64,000 nt of DNA from Promethearchaeota archaeon (GTDB taxonomy: Archaea; Asgardarchaeota; Heimdallarchaeia; Hodarchaeales; Hodarchaeaceae). The DNA lies in assembly GCA_048938105.1 (NCBI GenBank), contig JBHLMN010000008.1, positions 1 to 64,000 on the forward strand, written 5' to 3'. The first letter of the stretch is position 1, and each line of letters opens with the position of its first letter. Below, piece after piece: positions 8,695 through 21,100 of the stretch. The notes under the pieces were generated by a model. It had not been told where the DNA came from. It saw nothing but the letters and a program-made list of their open reading frames with translations, and did no database searches. A program made the position numbers and the translations under genes.

Positions 8695-11600
8695 TCACCT
8701 CTTAAAGAAATCTAGGCCTCCTTTTCTTCTAATTAAGAAAGCTGCAATTCCAATAGCACTGACTAATGTCAATGCTCCAGCAGCAATTAATATAACTGCA
8801 CCTAGATCCACCTCAGGTTTCTCTGCGGGTGTTACAGAGAATATTATTGTATTCATCAAGGATTTATTTTCAAAGACTATGTCTGGTGTTGCAGGGTAGG
8901 AATAGTTGAATGCTAAACCAACAACTTGCAGTTCATACTTTCCTTCTTCAAAGGTTAGAGCTTTGTGTGTCCATCGTGAAAAACCTTTGTAGGTCATTGT
9001 ATAATTATCAGACCAGCCAATAGATTCTGTTTCATTTGATTCAGTAGCATTTTTAATTTCTTGGTAACGGAACTGAACATTTTCTAAAGCTGTTAAATTA
9101 AACATTTCAATGTTAATGGGTCCAGCATTGTAAGTTCCCCTGTGCTCTGGTGATTTAAACTGGAGCGGAGAGGTCAATCGATTAACTTCAGCTAAAAATT
9201 CCTCGGGGGAAGTGAATACTAGGGGATCTGTCCCAATCCATAGCTCTAATGAATCACTATAGCCATCATAATCAGTATCGGCATTATAAGGTTGAGTACC
9301 ATATATTAACACCTCTTCTCCGTCCATTAATCCATCGAAATCAGAATCTGGATTACGGTAATCTAGAAAACCTCCATCCATCTTATAGGAGTTATAGATA
9401 AAATATTCGGCCCCATCACTCAAGAGATCATGGTCAAAATCACGCTCATATCCGTCAGGAATGCCATTATTATTTACATCAGGGTTATATGGATCGTAAA
9501 GCGGATCACCATCTATTGCATCGACCTCTAAGCCATCAGGCCATCCATCATCGTCACTATCTGGGTCAAAGGCACTAGTCGCGTACTGGGGATTATATGT
9601 ACTGATTCTAGCTCCCCAACCAGAAGTTGTTTCTTTGCCTAATGCGGTTGTCTCGTTACAATCTAATATCCCATCACCATCCGTATCTCGTTTTGTTGGA
9701 TCTGTTTTATGATATTGAATTTCATCATAATCTGAAATAGTGTCATTATCACTATCAGGAAGATCTGGTCTGAGATGGTTATCAATTTCATACTTATCCC
9801 CAAGTTTATCTCCATCCGTATCAGCTTTAACTGGGGACGATCGGAACGGAAGGACTACAACATAGCCAATAAATGGATGGATAAGAATTTCAATTGGATC
9901 AATGACTAATTCCCGGCCATCATTTATGCCGTCATTGTCTGTGTCGTTATTAATTGGATTCAAGAGAATATTTTCCTGAGAAATCGCAGAAAAATCTCCA
10001 TATCGTAGGTATAGTTCCCAAGAATCCATTAACGAATCATTATCACTATCCATTGAACAAGGATTGGTTCCATAGGTAAAGATCTCATCATAATCAGACA
10101 ATGAAAAAGTTGGGTTGCCTTGAGCATCTGGAAATAGTAGACTATCCCCATCAGAATCTTTGCTATTTGGGTTTGTTCGATAAATAAAAACTTCTTCTCC
10201 GTCTCGTAATCCATCTTGATCCGAGTCATAGTCCATTGGATCTGTGTCATAAGCTAATAATTCATCGCGATCCGTTATATCGTCGTTGTCAGAATCTTCA
10301 TCGACTGGATCAGTTCCATAAACATATATCTCTTCATAGTCCGTAATGCCGTCTATATCCGAATCAGAGCTATGGGGGTTGGAGTGACTGAAGAATAATT
10401 CCCAATAATCGTCTACACCGTCATAATCTGTATCGGGATATAATGGATCAGTGAAATAGCGGAACCATTCGTCTCCATCTAATATTAAGTCATCATCAGT
10501 ATCTGACTTACTAGGATTTGTCCCTAAGAATATTTCAATTCCATCTGGCAAGGAATCTCCATCTGTATCTGGATTAGCGTAATATGTTGTGAACTCGCGC
10601 TCCGGTTGAAGTGTTCCTTCTTTTCCATCTATTAAACCGTCATCATCAGTATCAGAATCTAGAGGATCACTTGCGGGATTCAAGCTTAGCTCATATCCAT
10701 CGGAGTTAAGAAAACGGCCTAGAACACGGGTACGAGATGTTGCAGCTGAATCACCGTCACTATCAGGATTACAAGGATTAGTTTGGAAAACTTTGGACAC
10801 TAATTCCCTAAAACCATCTGGATCAATTTCAACAACGGTTGCTGCAATACCTTGAACCTCAATACCGTCTCGCATATCGCGTAAGTACGTTCTTGTTACG
10901 CTTGTGCCAGCAATAGAACCATCCCAATATTGCGTAAAGGAATCATCATCCGTGTCATTGTCTAATGGGTGTGTATAACCACTTCCAAACACTAACATAG
11001 GTCTATCGGAACCATCAGGATAATTCTCACGATCACCATAATATGGGCCAAATTCTCCCTCTTGTCCATCCAGAAGAAGGTCGTTATCAGTGTCGGGATT
11101 TAAGGGATCTGTGCGGTCATTATAGATAGTATTACCTATTTGTATTTCAGTTACAGAAGGAGTTATTCCAGTCAAATTCCAGGCGTGGGTGATTTCATAA
11201 AAATCAGTGAGACCATCATTATCAGTATCCCGAGAGAATGGGTCTGTCCCATATTCTATTACTTCTTCGAAATCAGTCATACCATCAATATCTGTATCAG
11301 GGTGCCTTGGGTTCGTCTTCAATACCCATTCAACCATGTCAGATAGGCCATCTGCGTCTGTATCTGGCATATTTGGCTCGGTATTTGATACTTTCAATTC
11401 AAATTTATCAGAAAGACCATCTCCATCAGTATCACTATTATTGGGGTCACAAGAAGGTATTGTATTTTCTAGGTCATCTGATAGTCCATCATTATCTGTA
11501 TCAAGTCCTAATGCATTATCCTCAAGATCTTGAGATCCCCGTGAGGGAGACAAATCTAATGGAAAACCTGGTGGATTCCAGCTGAAACCCATGTCCCAAC

Positions 11601-14600
11601 CAAAGAATAAGAACTCCATAACTACATTTACCCATAATGTTATATTTAGAGTAATTACAAAGGGAGCTGAAACTCCAGGAGTTAGATCTTGGAAAAAGGT
11701 TAACTCAATGTCAATTCCAAATTCTACTCCTATTGCAACAATATATAGGTCTAGTTTGATCCCGACAGAGGCTCCTATGCCTAATATTAAGGTTAAAGCG
11801 CCTTGGGCAGGCTCTCCATTGTGAGCAGCCTTTTGTCCTATCTCGAATGCTATTGATAACCAGAGAGTCACTCCTAGCTTATCTAATCCAATATACTTAG
11901 CGACTTTATTTAACGGGCCACCTGCTGCTCCACCTGTTATAATATCAAAAAGGGTAAACTCCCTTGAAACCTTAATATAAATAGCCAATTTCCATTCTAA
12001 TAGTTTCATTGCTTCTTCAGCTGGGAAACCCCCTGCTTCGAATTTAAAGAGCTGAATAGAGAAGAATACCTCCCCAGAAACTTCTAATTCGAGACCAAGA
12101 GAAGAAAGGATGGCATCAAATAACCCACCTTTTCCAGTGGATGCCATTGTTGCTTCTAAACGCGCTGAAAATACAGGTGCAAATATAACGAATTCTATGA
12201 TCTTCTTGAAAAAAGCTCCGACATCTAACTCAAAATCGGTGAGTCCTTTGTAAATTATCTCCTCAATATATTCAACAAACTCATCATTCTTCCATTCAAC
12301 GCCAAGGCTAATTGAGAGTTCGAACTCGAGTTCTATACCGATGTAATCCGCTCCCGCGAATGGTATTTTTCCTCCAACAGTTAGAACAGCCATTTCTTCA
12401 ATTTTCTTAGCAAGTTTTTCTGTCATCTCACCCAGGAGTTCTGCAATATACTGGGATAGAGCAGCCTTAAATTCATTGATGATAAAATCAACGCCATCAG
12501 TAAATAAGCCTTTTATCTTGAATAGTATTCCTACTCCTGTTTCAGCAAGTTTAAGGGTTGATTGCGAGATTCCTGGGAAATTCTTTTCCAAAGAATCAAC
12601 AACTAAATATTTCAGATCCTCTTGTGTTTCTGTTTCATTGTAGACACTGTATCCTCCTAAAATATTTGGACCAACAAGAGCAGTGAATATATTCTGAATA
12701 ATACGCATCGCTACTGTTCCATCAACCCCTAAGTATGAATCAAAGAAAATCGTTCCAGCTTGCATGGCAAGAACCCGAAACATATTCAAAAGACTGTTTC
12801 CTTCTCCAGAAATTAAGGTTTGAGCGACAGTTAATAATAATTCTGCAAGAACATTGACTGCTGATTCAATGTTTGGACTATCAACAAAGAACTCAAGAAG
12901 GGTCACAATTGCTTTCTTTATCTTGTCAGCAAACTTAGCTTGCTTATCTGAATCTTGATTTTCGCCTGAAAGTCCACTGACATCATCTGTCAGAAGCATC
13001 TGAGCTGCTGTGCCGTCAGTAGTGATGGCAATGAATCCGAAAACCGAGTCGAGAATTGAAGAGATAATCTCTTGTTTATTCTCAGCAAGTGTGTCATTTT
13101 CTGTGGAAAAATCAATGAAATCTTTCATGACGGCCTTAAAATCACTTGCAACAGAGGTTGGAAGTGATGGAACCCAAATCCTGCCAAGGATCACAAACGC
13201 ATCTATTAACGCTTGGGATTCATCAGTTGTAGTATCTAGACCTATTCCTCTAAATTGAGTTTCAATTTCACTTCTAATTACGGCTTGGTCAGTCTCTGAA
13301 GAGATGGCAGCATCATTGAAAACCTTCTCTATATCAAAAGCTAATTCAGCTATCTCATTCTCACTAGTGGATTCCCCAAGAAATGTCATCGCGCTAGCAA
13401 TGAAGTCTTTAATTGTAATTATTGTCTTTTTTGACGTATAAAACGATAAAGTACCACATGAATCATTAAAATTATCGAATAATGTCAATCCTAAGCTATA
13501 AAATCGTCCAATCGCATCAAGAGCACTTTTCTCTTTTGCAGTCAACGTGGTATTATCATTGAATTTCATAAGAATATATTCGACGACATTCGGAATTCCT
13601 TGTAACAGTGCCTCAAGGTCTCCAAAAATAAAACCTTTAGCTAACGGTGTTAAAAATGACACGAGGTTTGTTGCTGTTTTTTTAGATTTATTTGTGAATC
13701 CTCCATATACTTCCTTAACCCAACTCCATGTAGACATATTCAAGACTTTTTCCGTGGCAAAGCTAACTATTTCGCTAATTGGTTCATCTACAAGTTCTAG
13801 TGTGGTTTTGTTGATTAATCTATCAGCTATTTCAACGCCATTCATTAGTGTGGCTTCAAGGATTTGTAATATTGATTGAATAGTCGTTGAGTTAACTGCA
13901 GTACTCGCAACAGAAAAGATGGCTGTTATGGTAGATTTTGCTAAATCTAATATATCATCAACATCTCCACGTAGTAAATATAAAGCATCTACCACAACAG
14001 GAATGAATGGTTTCATAATTTCGGGGATAGGTGCTATGGCCATAATAGATTCAAGTAATCCTTTAATTGTCTTTTTGACATCACCACCCCCCTCAGATGA
14101 GTCAGCTAGAAGCATTCCTAACTGTTTGATTGTATTAACTATATCTGTAGCCACTTCGGGATCTATACCAAGTTTATTTCCTCCTAGTTTGATTAATACA
14201 TTCAAGACAGTGTCAATGATATCAGCAGAGGCCCCTTCTAATCCACTAAACAACGGAATATCCGTAATCGTAAAATCATCTTGAACAGATTCAGTTTCCT
14301 TGGTATTATAGATTCGTAAGCTAGTTTGAGGTATGGGAGTTGTAGTGTCATTAAAACATCTTGTGGAATTATCAGGTAGTATTTGATATGCATCAGTCAT
14401 TTTAGCAAGTTTAGCATTCCAGTTCCGAAGGCGAGCTTCGTCATCATATTCACCGAGAGGATCTGGTATGTTTTCTGGGTCTATAACTCCATTTATCAAT
14501 CGGTTCATATTTCTACCAAAATATTCTATACCAAGGATTCTAAAGTCCTCAGCACATCTTTCATAGGCTATTCCATTTTCTTTTTTGTCAAGGATTTCTC

Positions 14601-15150
14601 CCACTTCCCAGAGATTAAAGAAGTAGGACTGTTCTGCACCGATAACTTGACTTCCTTCGATTCGGACATTCGTCTGTTCAACAGGAACTTCGTTACGTAA
14701 AAGATTAGTTGCCCCCGAACCGAATATATGGTAAGAAAATTGATTTTTAGATAGTGTGTCAGCAATTTTTTTCCAACTAACTATTTCTTCCCCAATGTTT
14801 ACTCCTTGAAGACTTCCATTAATAAAATATAATTTAATCCAATATTCTCTATCCATGATATTGTACTGTAAATGCTTCCAGTTTGTAACAGCGATAATGT
14901 AGGTATTAAGATAGACTAGGCTGACAGAAGTGAATGTATTAAACGCAGTAGAAGTTAAGAGGTCACAATTAGGGTCATAATATATTGCTATCTTTTTAGG
15001 AAGATCCCAACCCGAATATCCCTTCTCTGAAGGATCTATTCGATATAAATTATTGTTTAATGCAGTAACTTTTACAATATTAACTCCTAGAATTGCTAAG
15101 AATAGCATTGCAAAGCAGAAAGATCTTAATGACTTATAAGTGGGTTTCAC
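8695..15150 (-). CDS. Giant membrane-anchored surface protein: alpha/beta N-domain, long helical region, amphipathic beta-strand region, about 770 aa of Ca-binding DxDxDG (TSP3-like) repeats, Ig-like domain, TM
   Basis: 2151-aa ORF; GTG start overlaps the upstream stop (GTGA) with aggagg SD; dozens of P..DTDxDGLxDxxE repeats; TM followed by RRK. Confidence 0.9.
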   Translation of the reverse strand: MKPTYKSLRSFCFAMLFLAILGVNIVKVTALNNNLYRIDPSEKGYSGWDLPKKIAIYYDPNCDLLTSTAFNTFTSVSLVYLNTYIIAVTNWKHLQYNIMDREYWIKLYFINGSLQGVNIGEEIVSWKKIADTLSKNQFSYHIFGSGATNLLRNEVPVEQTNVRIEGSQVIGAEQSYFFNLWEVGEILDKKENGIAYERCAEDFRILGIEYFGRNMNRLINGVIDPENIPDPLGEYDDEARLRNWNAKLAKMTDAYQILPDNSTRCFNDTTTPIPQTSLRIYNTKETESVQDDFTITDIPLFSGLEGASADIIDTVLNVLIKLGGNKLGIDPEVATDIVNTIKQLGMLLADSSEGGGDVKKTIKGLLESIMAIAPIPEIMKPFIPVVVDALYLLRGDVDDILDLAKSTITAIFSVASTAVNSTTIQSILQILEATLMNGVEIADRLINKTTLELVDEPISEIVSFATEKVLNMSTWSWVKEVYGGFTNKSKKTATNLVSFLTPLAKGFIFGDLEALLQGIPNVVEYILMKFNDNTTLTAKEKSALDAIGRFYSLGLTLFDNFNDSCGTLSFYTSKKTIITIKDFIASAMTFLGESTSENEIAELAFDIEKVFNDAAISSETDQAVIRSEIETQFRGIGLDTTTDESQALIDAFVILGRIWVPSLPTSVASDFKAVMKDFIDFSTENDTLAENKQEIISSILDSVFGFIAITTDGTAAQMLLTDDVSGLSGENQDSDKQAKFADKIKKAIVTLLEFFVDSPNIESAVNVLAELLLTVAQTLISGEGNSLLNMFRVLAMQAGTIFFDSYLGVDGTVAMRIIQNIFTALVGPNILGGYSVYNETETQEDLKYLVVDSLEKNFPGISQSTLKLAETGVGILFKIKGLFTDGVDFIINEFKAALSQYIAELLGEMTEKLAKKIEEMAVLTVGGKIPFAGADYIGIELEFELSISLGVEWKNDEFVEYIEEIIYKGLTDFELDVGAFFKKIIEFVIFAPVFSARLEATMASTGKGGLFDAILSSLGLELEVSGEVFFSIQLFKFEAGGFPAEEAMKLLEWKLAIYIKVSREFTLFDIITGGAAGGPLNKVAKYIGLDKLGVTLWLSIAFEIGQKAAHNGEPAQGALTLILGIGASVGIKLDLYIVAIGVEFGIDIELTFFQDLTPGVSAPFVITLNITLWVNVVMEFLFFGWDMGFSWNPPGFPLDLSPSRGSQDLEDNALGLDTDNDGLSDDLENTIPSCDPNNSDTDGDGLSDKFELKVSNTEPNMPDTDADGLSDMVEWVLKTNPRHPDTDIDGMTDFEEVIEYGTDPFSRDTDNDGLTDFYEITHAWNLTGITPSVTEIQIGNTIYNDRTDPLNPDTDNDLLLDGQEGEFGPYYGDRENYPDGSDRPMLVFGSGYTHPLDNDTDDDSFTQYWDGSIAGTSVTRTYLRDMRDGIEVQGIAATVVEIDPDGFRELVSKVFQTNPCNPDSDGDSAATSRTRVLGRFLNSDGYELSLNPASDPLDSDTDDDGLIDGKEGTLQPEREFTTYYANPDTDGDSLPDGIEIFLGTNPSKSDTDDDLILDGDEWFRYFTDPLYPDTDYDGVDDYWELFFSHSNPHSSDSDIDGITDYEEIYVYGTDPVDEDSDNDDITDRDELLAYDTDPMDYDSDQDGLRDGEEVFIYRTNPNSKDSDGDSLLFPDAQGNPTFSLSDYDEIFTYGTNPCSMDSDNDSLMDSWELYLRYGDFSAISQENILLNPINNDTDNDGINDGRELVIDPIEILIHPFIGYVVVLPFRSSPVKADTDGDKLGDKYEIDNHLRPDLPDSDNDTISDYDEIQYHKTDPTKRDTDGDGILDCNETTALGKETTSGWGARISTYNPQYATSAFDPDSDDDGWPDGLEVDAIDGDPLYDPYNPDVNNNGIPDGYERDFDHDLLSDGAEYFIYNSYKMDGGFLDYRNPDSDFDGLMDGEEVLIYGTQPYNADTDYDGYSDSLELWIGTDPLVFTSPEEFLAEVNRLTSPLQFKSPEHRGTYNAGPINIEMFNLTALENVQFRYQEIKNATESNETESIGWSDNYTMTYKGFSRWTHKALTFEEGKYELQVVGLAFNYSYPATPDIVFENKSLMNTIIFSVTPAEKPEVDLGAVILIAAGALTLVSAIGIAAFLIRRKGGLDFFKR

Positions 15151-18100
15151 TTCTTAAACCTCCTTTTTTCATCGTTCCAAGTCCGCTTTCGTCGAATAAT
15201 TTCAATTGAAAATCCTGTAGCCATTACCACTCCCGTTGAGAATGAGAATATGGTAATTAGAAACAGATCTTCACCATTCTCTTCTTTGTAGATAGATGAG
15301 GACGACGAAAATGCCACACTATCATCGATTTCTATAGGACTTATTATTAAATCAGTGAATTCTGCAGCTGCTCCAACCGATATTGATCTTCCTTGGGGAT
15401 CAGCAATTGCAATTGTTCCATCTATTAATGTCGCAACCATGACAGGTTTACGTGATGTATCCACATTCCATATTTTCACTGAAGAAATGAGTGAACTGAA
15501 GGAATATATTTCATTTACATTATCATTAGAAAGATTTTTGACCACTAGAGCGTTCCCAGTGATCAAAATCAGCTCATTTTCTCCTTTACCATCTAGATTT
15601 GAGAATTGATGATCATAAGAGCCAAGGTAGTAATTAATTTCTTCTTTAATTAATGGAATTAAGAAAAGCTCTTCTTTATATATTTTAATACCATCATTAC
15701 GAGTTGTGAGTAATATATTAGTAGCTAATTCTTCTCTTACAATACTCCAGCTTATTACATCCATAATTGGCAAATTATATGTTTTTTTATCTAAATCCCC
15801 GTTTGGTAACCACGAATAGTGTATTAGTTGAGACTTGTTCGAGAGAAGGTATACTTCTGTTACTTGCTCCTCATTTTCAAGTGTTTTAACAAATAACCAG
15901 GTACCTCCAAGTGATGGTGCTGGAAACATTCCCCCAGTAACAGATGCTGTAGGTAAATCAATAATATGAGCATTCCCAAGATAATCGAGGGCTATAATAT
16001 GTGTTATAATACCTGGTAATGAAGGATTTAAAGAGGCAACATCCCAATAAGTCAAATAAGCTGAATTTGTGTAATTCCAAATAAATGCATTCGTTTGATA
16101 ATCATACAGAGAAAATATACTTTTACTACCAAGTATTGTCTGCATTAACAAAAGATCCGAGTTTAATCCTAGATTTACAGCAGATATGTTTTCAGCTTTC
16201 GTAATTTTCTCACTAACTATCTTTGTACTAGTTTTGTCTAATACAATAAGATTACCTGTATTTGTTTTATAAGCTAGCCCATAAGATTGTTTTATTTCGT
16301 CCAAAATGAGTCCTGTTGCGCTAATTCTCGAGAAAGGTTCAATTTGAACCCTCCAAAATTCTACCTGTAATGATCTTAAAATAAGCGTACCGTTTGTATA
16401 AGCAACTAAAAGTTTTTCTGTGTTATCAAGAGATACTTTTACAGGGATTACGTATGCTTCTCCGAAATTATAGATATTTGTTGCAGTTTTAAGAATGTAC
16501 GGAGTCTCTGTAATGATATTTACAGCAGAAGATAATTTTCCTATTACTTTCGACGAATCACAAGTCCCATTTGCATAACTAACCCAAAATGATATTTCTT
16601 CATCAAAACCCATTCCTACTGCTGCAGAATTATCATCACTAGGCATCCATGTCACATCTGATCCATCACGAGAGATTCCAAATATACCTGAATATTTACA
16701 TTGGGCAAACAATAGCGTTTTGTCTGTATTCGCGGTTTCGATCTCAAAGTTTATTAAAGGATTTTTAAAATATCTACTCCAAAGGATTGTACCCCCACTT
16801 GCAATATTTAAGGCAAATATACCACTTGAGAACCCTTTTGTTGGAATTAACGCACTAGATATTGTATCATTAAATTCAGGGATAGCTAAAATTAAGTCAT
16901 TCAAAGAGTCATTATTAACATCATATGGGATTATTTGCAGTAATTCGATATTTGTACCTTGTAAAATTGGCAAAGTATCATTTAATCTTATTTGCTTTGT
17001 TTCAGTATTCCAAACTTCAATCCTGCTTTTAGGATTTTTGTTGTTATAGTTATCAAGAATCACTAGTAAAATATCTAGTTGACCATCCAAATTGAAGTCA
17101 CCTAATATAGATCTCGAATTCGCATCAAACTTTACTAGTGAAGTGTGGTCAAATGAATTTAGCACTGATCCATTGTGATGAAGAACATTGATTTTTCTAT
17201 AGGTGGCAAAATCACTAGAGCTAACCCCAATATAAGTCTCATTCTTAAAAATACAAGAAGATATGTCGAAATATCCTAAGGATTGGTCATCTATCGAAGG
17301 ATTATTCCATATTTTATCTCCCTTTAAGGTTTGGATTGCCCTAACATCTGTTGTGGTAGCCAAAATAAGATCCTGAATAGCATCTTGGTTTACATCAACG
17401 AATATATGGCTATTTGTTGGGCTATTACTTTGTGCAGATATCCAGTAGCGTTTTGAACCATTCAGATTTAATCCTAAAACACCTTTTGACGAAATACACA
17501 CAATGACTTGATCAGAACCGTTGTTAATTAGATTAAAATCATCTAATTTACCTTGAATACTTCTATGCCAAATCAAATTATTGGTCATTAAGTCCCACGC
17601 AATTAATCCCCTACCATAAGTGCGATCAGCGATTACGAGGTCTAAATTGGTGTCATTGTTACAATCAACCAAATAATTCTCTGAAATATTTGGAGGTAAT
17701 GAATAGTACAGGTCAGTTCCAGGGTTTCCAAATGTACGTGAATTTTCCCAGTCATCGCCGCTATCTGTGTCATGTAAGTTTAGACGTCTTATGGTTTGAT
17801 TATTCGCCGTTAAATCGTACCCTTGGATTTGAGCAGCGAATCCCCATGAAACTTCATCGACTATCGTTCCGCTATGCTCTAGAGTTAAAGTATCACCAAC
17901 TGTGCTAAGAGTAAAGTCTGATTTTTCTATATCTGGTGTTATAGAATACAAGGAATTAATTGTAGCACTATTCTTAGCTATAACGAAATAGCCTTTAGCT
18001 GAGATATTTCTAGAGACAAGAGGAGGTAATGTAAATGAATAACTGCTGGTAGAAATTTTCCAACCAGAAAGATCAACAGCTGAAGATGTAGGATTGTAAA

Positions 18101-21100
18101 GTTCAATCCAAATTGCTTCTGGATCAGCAGGATTATACATCACTTCTGTGATTAGAATGTCGGTACTAACTGGAAATTCCACTGTTATATTTTCATCTCT
18201 CTCTGTAATTAAGTAGATATCATTAATTGGTTGTTCTTGATTTTTCAATTCAAAAGAAAATACATCACCCCCAAGAACAGTGAATATTAATTCTGGCCAA
18301 CCATTTCCATTGGTATCAGCGATTGCTACAGAGCCTGTTTCCCTTTTAATATCTGTATCAGATACAAGATATTGCACATACGAACTATTTACCTGTTCAG
18401 GACTAGCTGAAAGAAATGAGGGAGGTTCATATTGCCATTTCTGAGTATAATAGTATTCTCCAGCCAATTCATCTTGAGAGATTTCTAATAATGAAACACG
18501 TGTGTCATGGGAAATGAACAATTCTGTTCTCAAATCATTATCAGAATCACCAACTGCTATTGCTCGTACATTTGATATGTCATCATAGTCAAACCAGATA
18601 CCATTTACCAATTGGCCTATCCACTGTTGAGTTACCAGATGATGCGGAGCTCCATAGTAATCTACTAAATTCCCAAAATATTTGAGATCTGAGCCTTCAG
18701 GCAACAAGAATCTCGTTACAAATTGATAATAAATACCTCCAGTATTATCTGTAGTTACTCGGGGTCTGATAATTTGACGATTAATTACAGGTACCTGCGA
18801 CTCCTTCGTTCTTAAGGATCCATAAATATCATATTGCTCTAAATTGGGATCATCACTAAACAAGACATATTCTTGAGACCAACTGTCACCACTATCCTTA
18901 CTAAATGAAAGAATTAACTCAGATTTACCACCACTCACATGTTCACAACATAGAAAGATATTATTGGGATTATCAAGCATTTTTGTTACAGATACATAAT
19001 CATAATCTTCTGTACCTGAAATTACTGAAACAATACCTTGATTTTGATAAGTACTGTTCAGTATAGTGTAATAAATTTGCTTAGAAGCAAAAGAGTTCCT
19101 TGGAGAACCTGAAAAGAATAATCCAATTTGATTATTTATTACTACAAAATCAATCGAAGAAACAGTATAATTCTCATTAATTCCTAATTGATCTGTAAGG
19201 TTTGTCTTAGTCCAGTCTGTAGTATTAATGTATTGTACATAAAGATTCTTAGAAATACTAGTGGTTGTCTCGATGTCATTAGCAATATAAGCGACAAGAA
19301 TGTCTCCATTGATCTCAACAACTGCAACATCTTCATAAACAACTGTATAATACAATTCAAACGTGGAACCATTAGTATTCATTATTGAATCAACTTCAAA
19401 ATTAGTTGTAAGAGGAGTTCCCGTGGAAGTAAATTGTCTTATATTCACACTTCTGCCATAAATACTCTGAGAACCATCACTAGGTGATACATATTCTACA
19501 ATCCAAGCAACTGTAATGGTACCTGATTTACCTTGTGTAATAGCTGGCCGATATTCATACATTGATGGTGCTGCAGAATAATTTCCTTGTCCAGGTTGGC
19601 CAGAAGGTAAAACATTAAGCCAATCTGATGGTAAATTAGTATCTCTTGGGATAATACTTCCTATATAACCCACAGAATCATTTCTGACCAGAGAAGTACC
19701 ACTCGCAATTAAATTCCAATATGAACCACCGCCCCATTCAATAAGATCTTCAATTTCATTGTCATTGTTAATTAATTGTAATTGGCCATCATCACCTAAG
19801 TTTAAAGAAGAATTTTCTAAGTTCGGACTAGGAGCGCTCGGATATTGAGAAGTAAATTCTATTTCATCATTTACAATGACAAAATAATCATAGGCATAGA
19901 TAGTTCCATTTAATGGAACAGAAAAAGAACTAGTTTCATTGGCAAAATCTAATCTCCATCCATCTAATGAGATATTGTGACAACTTGGATTATATAATTC
20001 TACCCACTGTTGAGAAGCAACCACAGGGTAATAGACTTCTGTTATGAGAATGATAAGAGATTCGCTTATTTGGTACTCTGGATCTTTGAATATGCCTGAA
20101 GTAGTTGGGTCTTGAGATATTGTATAATAAAGCTTTCCGCCTCCCGTTGTGCCGTTCTGTAAAATACCACCGATATCTTGATGTAATACAGGATCATGAG
20201 TATTTTCTTCAACTCCATAAATTGAAAAATACTCATTTCCTCCCTGAAGATGAAAGATGTCTTGACTACGAGGAGCGAGACCAGTAGGAGATTGATAGGT
20301 ATCAAAAACTGGCGAAACCTGCTGTGATTGACCATAATTTGGATCTGATGAAATATAGCTAAGTAATGTGAATTGGAAGATATCTGGGTCATTATTAGCC
20401 TCCCAAATATCCAATCCATGGCCATGAGCAATAATTAATTCAATAAATCCATCATAGTCAGCGTCCGTTGTCTCTAGTGCATTTACAATCGTTGATATTG
20501 CAGGAAAATCGAAAATTTTGTGAATATCCCCATAATTTGAATCCAATGCTAGTAGAAAACCTTCTTCACTTGTTTCACTCGAATTTTGACCACCAATCCA
20601 TAATTCGATATTTTCGTCTTGATTAAGATCAGCAAAGAGCAAGGTTCGAATATCTAAAAACGGATAATCAGTGGGAACACCTGGTACTCCGTAAAAACCT
20701 GAACCAGATACTGATTGAAAACTTTCTACAAAACAATGTTGGGGATCTGCCCGTAACAAACATAGATAATTCTTTGCTGCAATAGCGACCATAGAACCCC
20801 TTCCATCAAAATCAGGAGTTATAGCTAGCGCTGTAAACTGTGTAATAGAAGTATCATTAATTATGTATTGATAATCTTTTTCAAAAATTAATTTGTATTC
20901 ATCATTGTAGCCAGTAGCTTCAAATATGTATATACTCAACGCTGCTGTTATGATAAACTCTTCATTTCCATCTTTATCGTAATCTAAACCACTAGCTAAT
21001 AAATTACCATGATCATAGAGAGTTTTCCTAAAATCTCCTGATACTCCCTCTAAATCTTGGAAAGCATATGGGGAATAAGTTGTTTCTTCCGTATGGTTTA

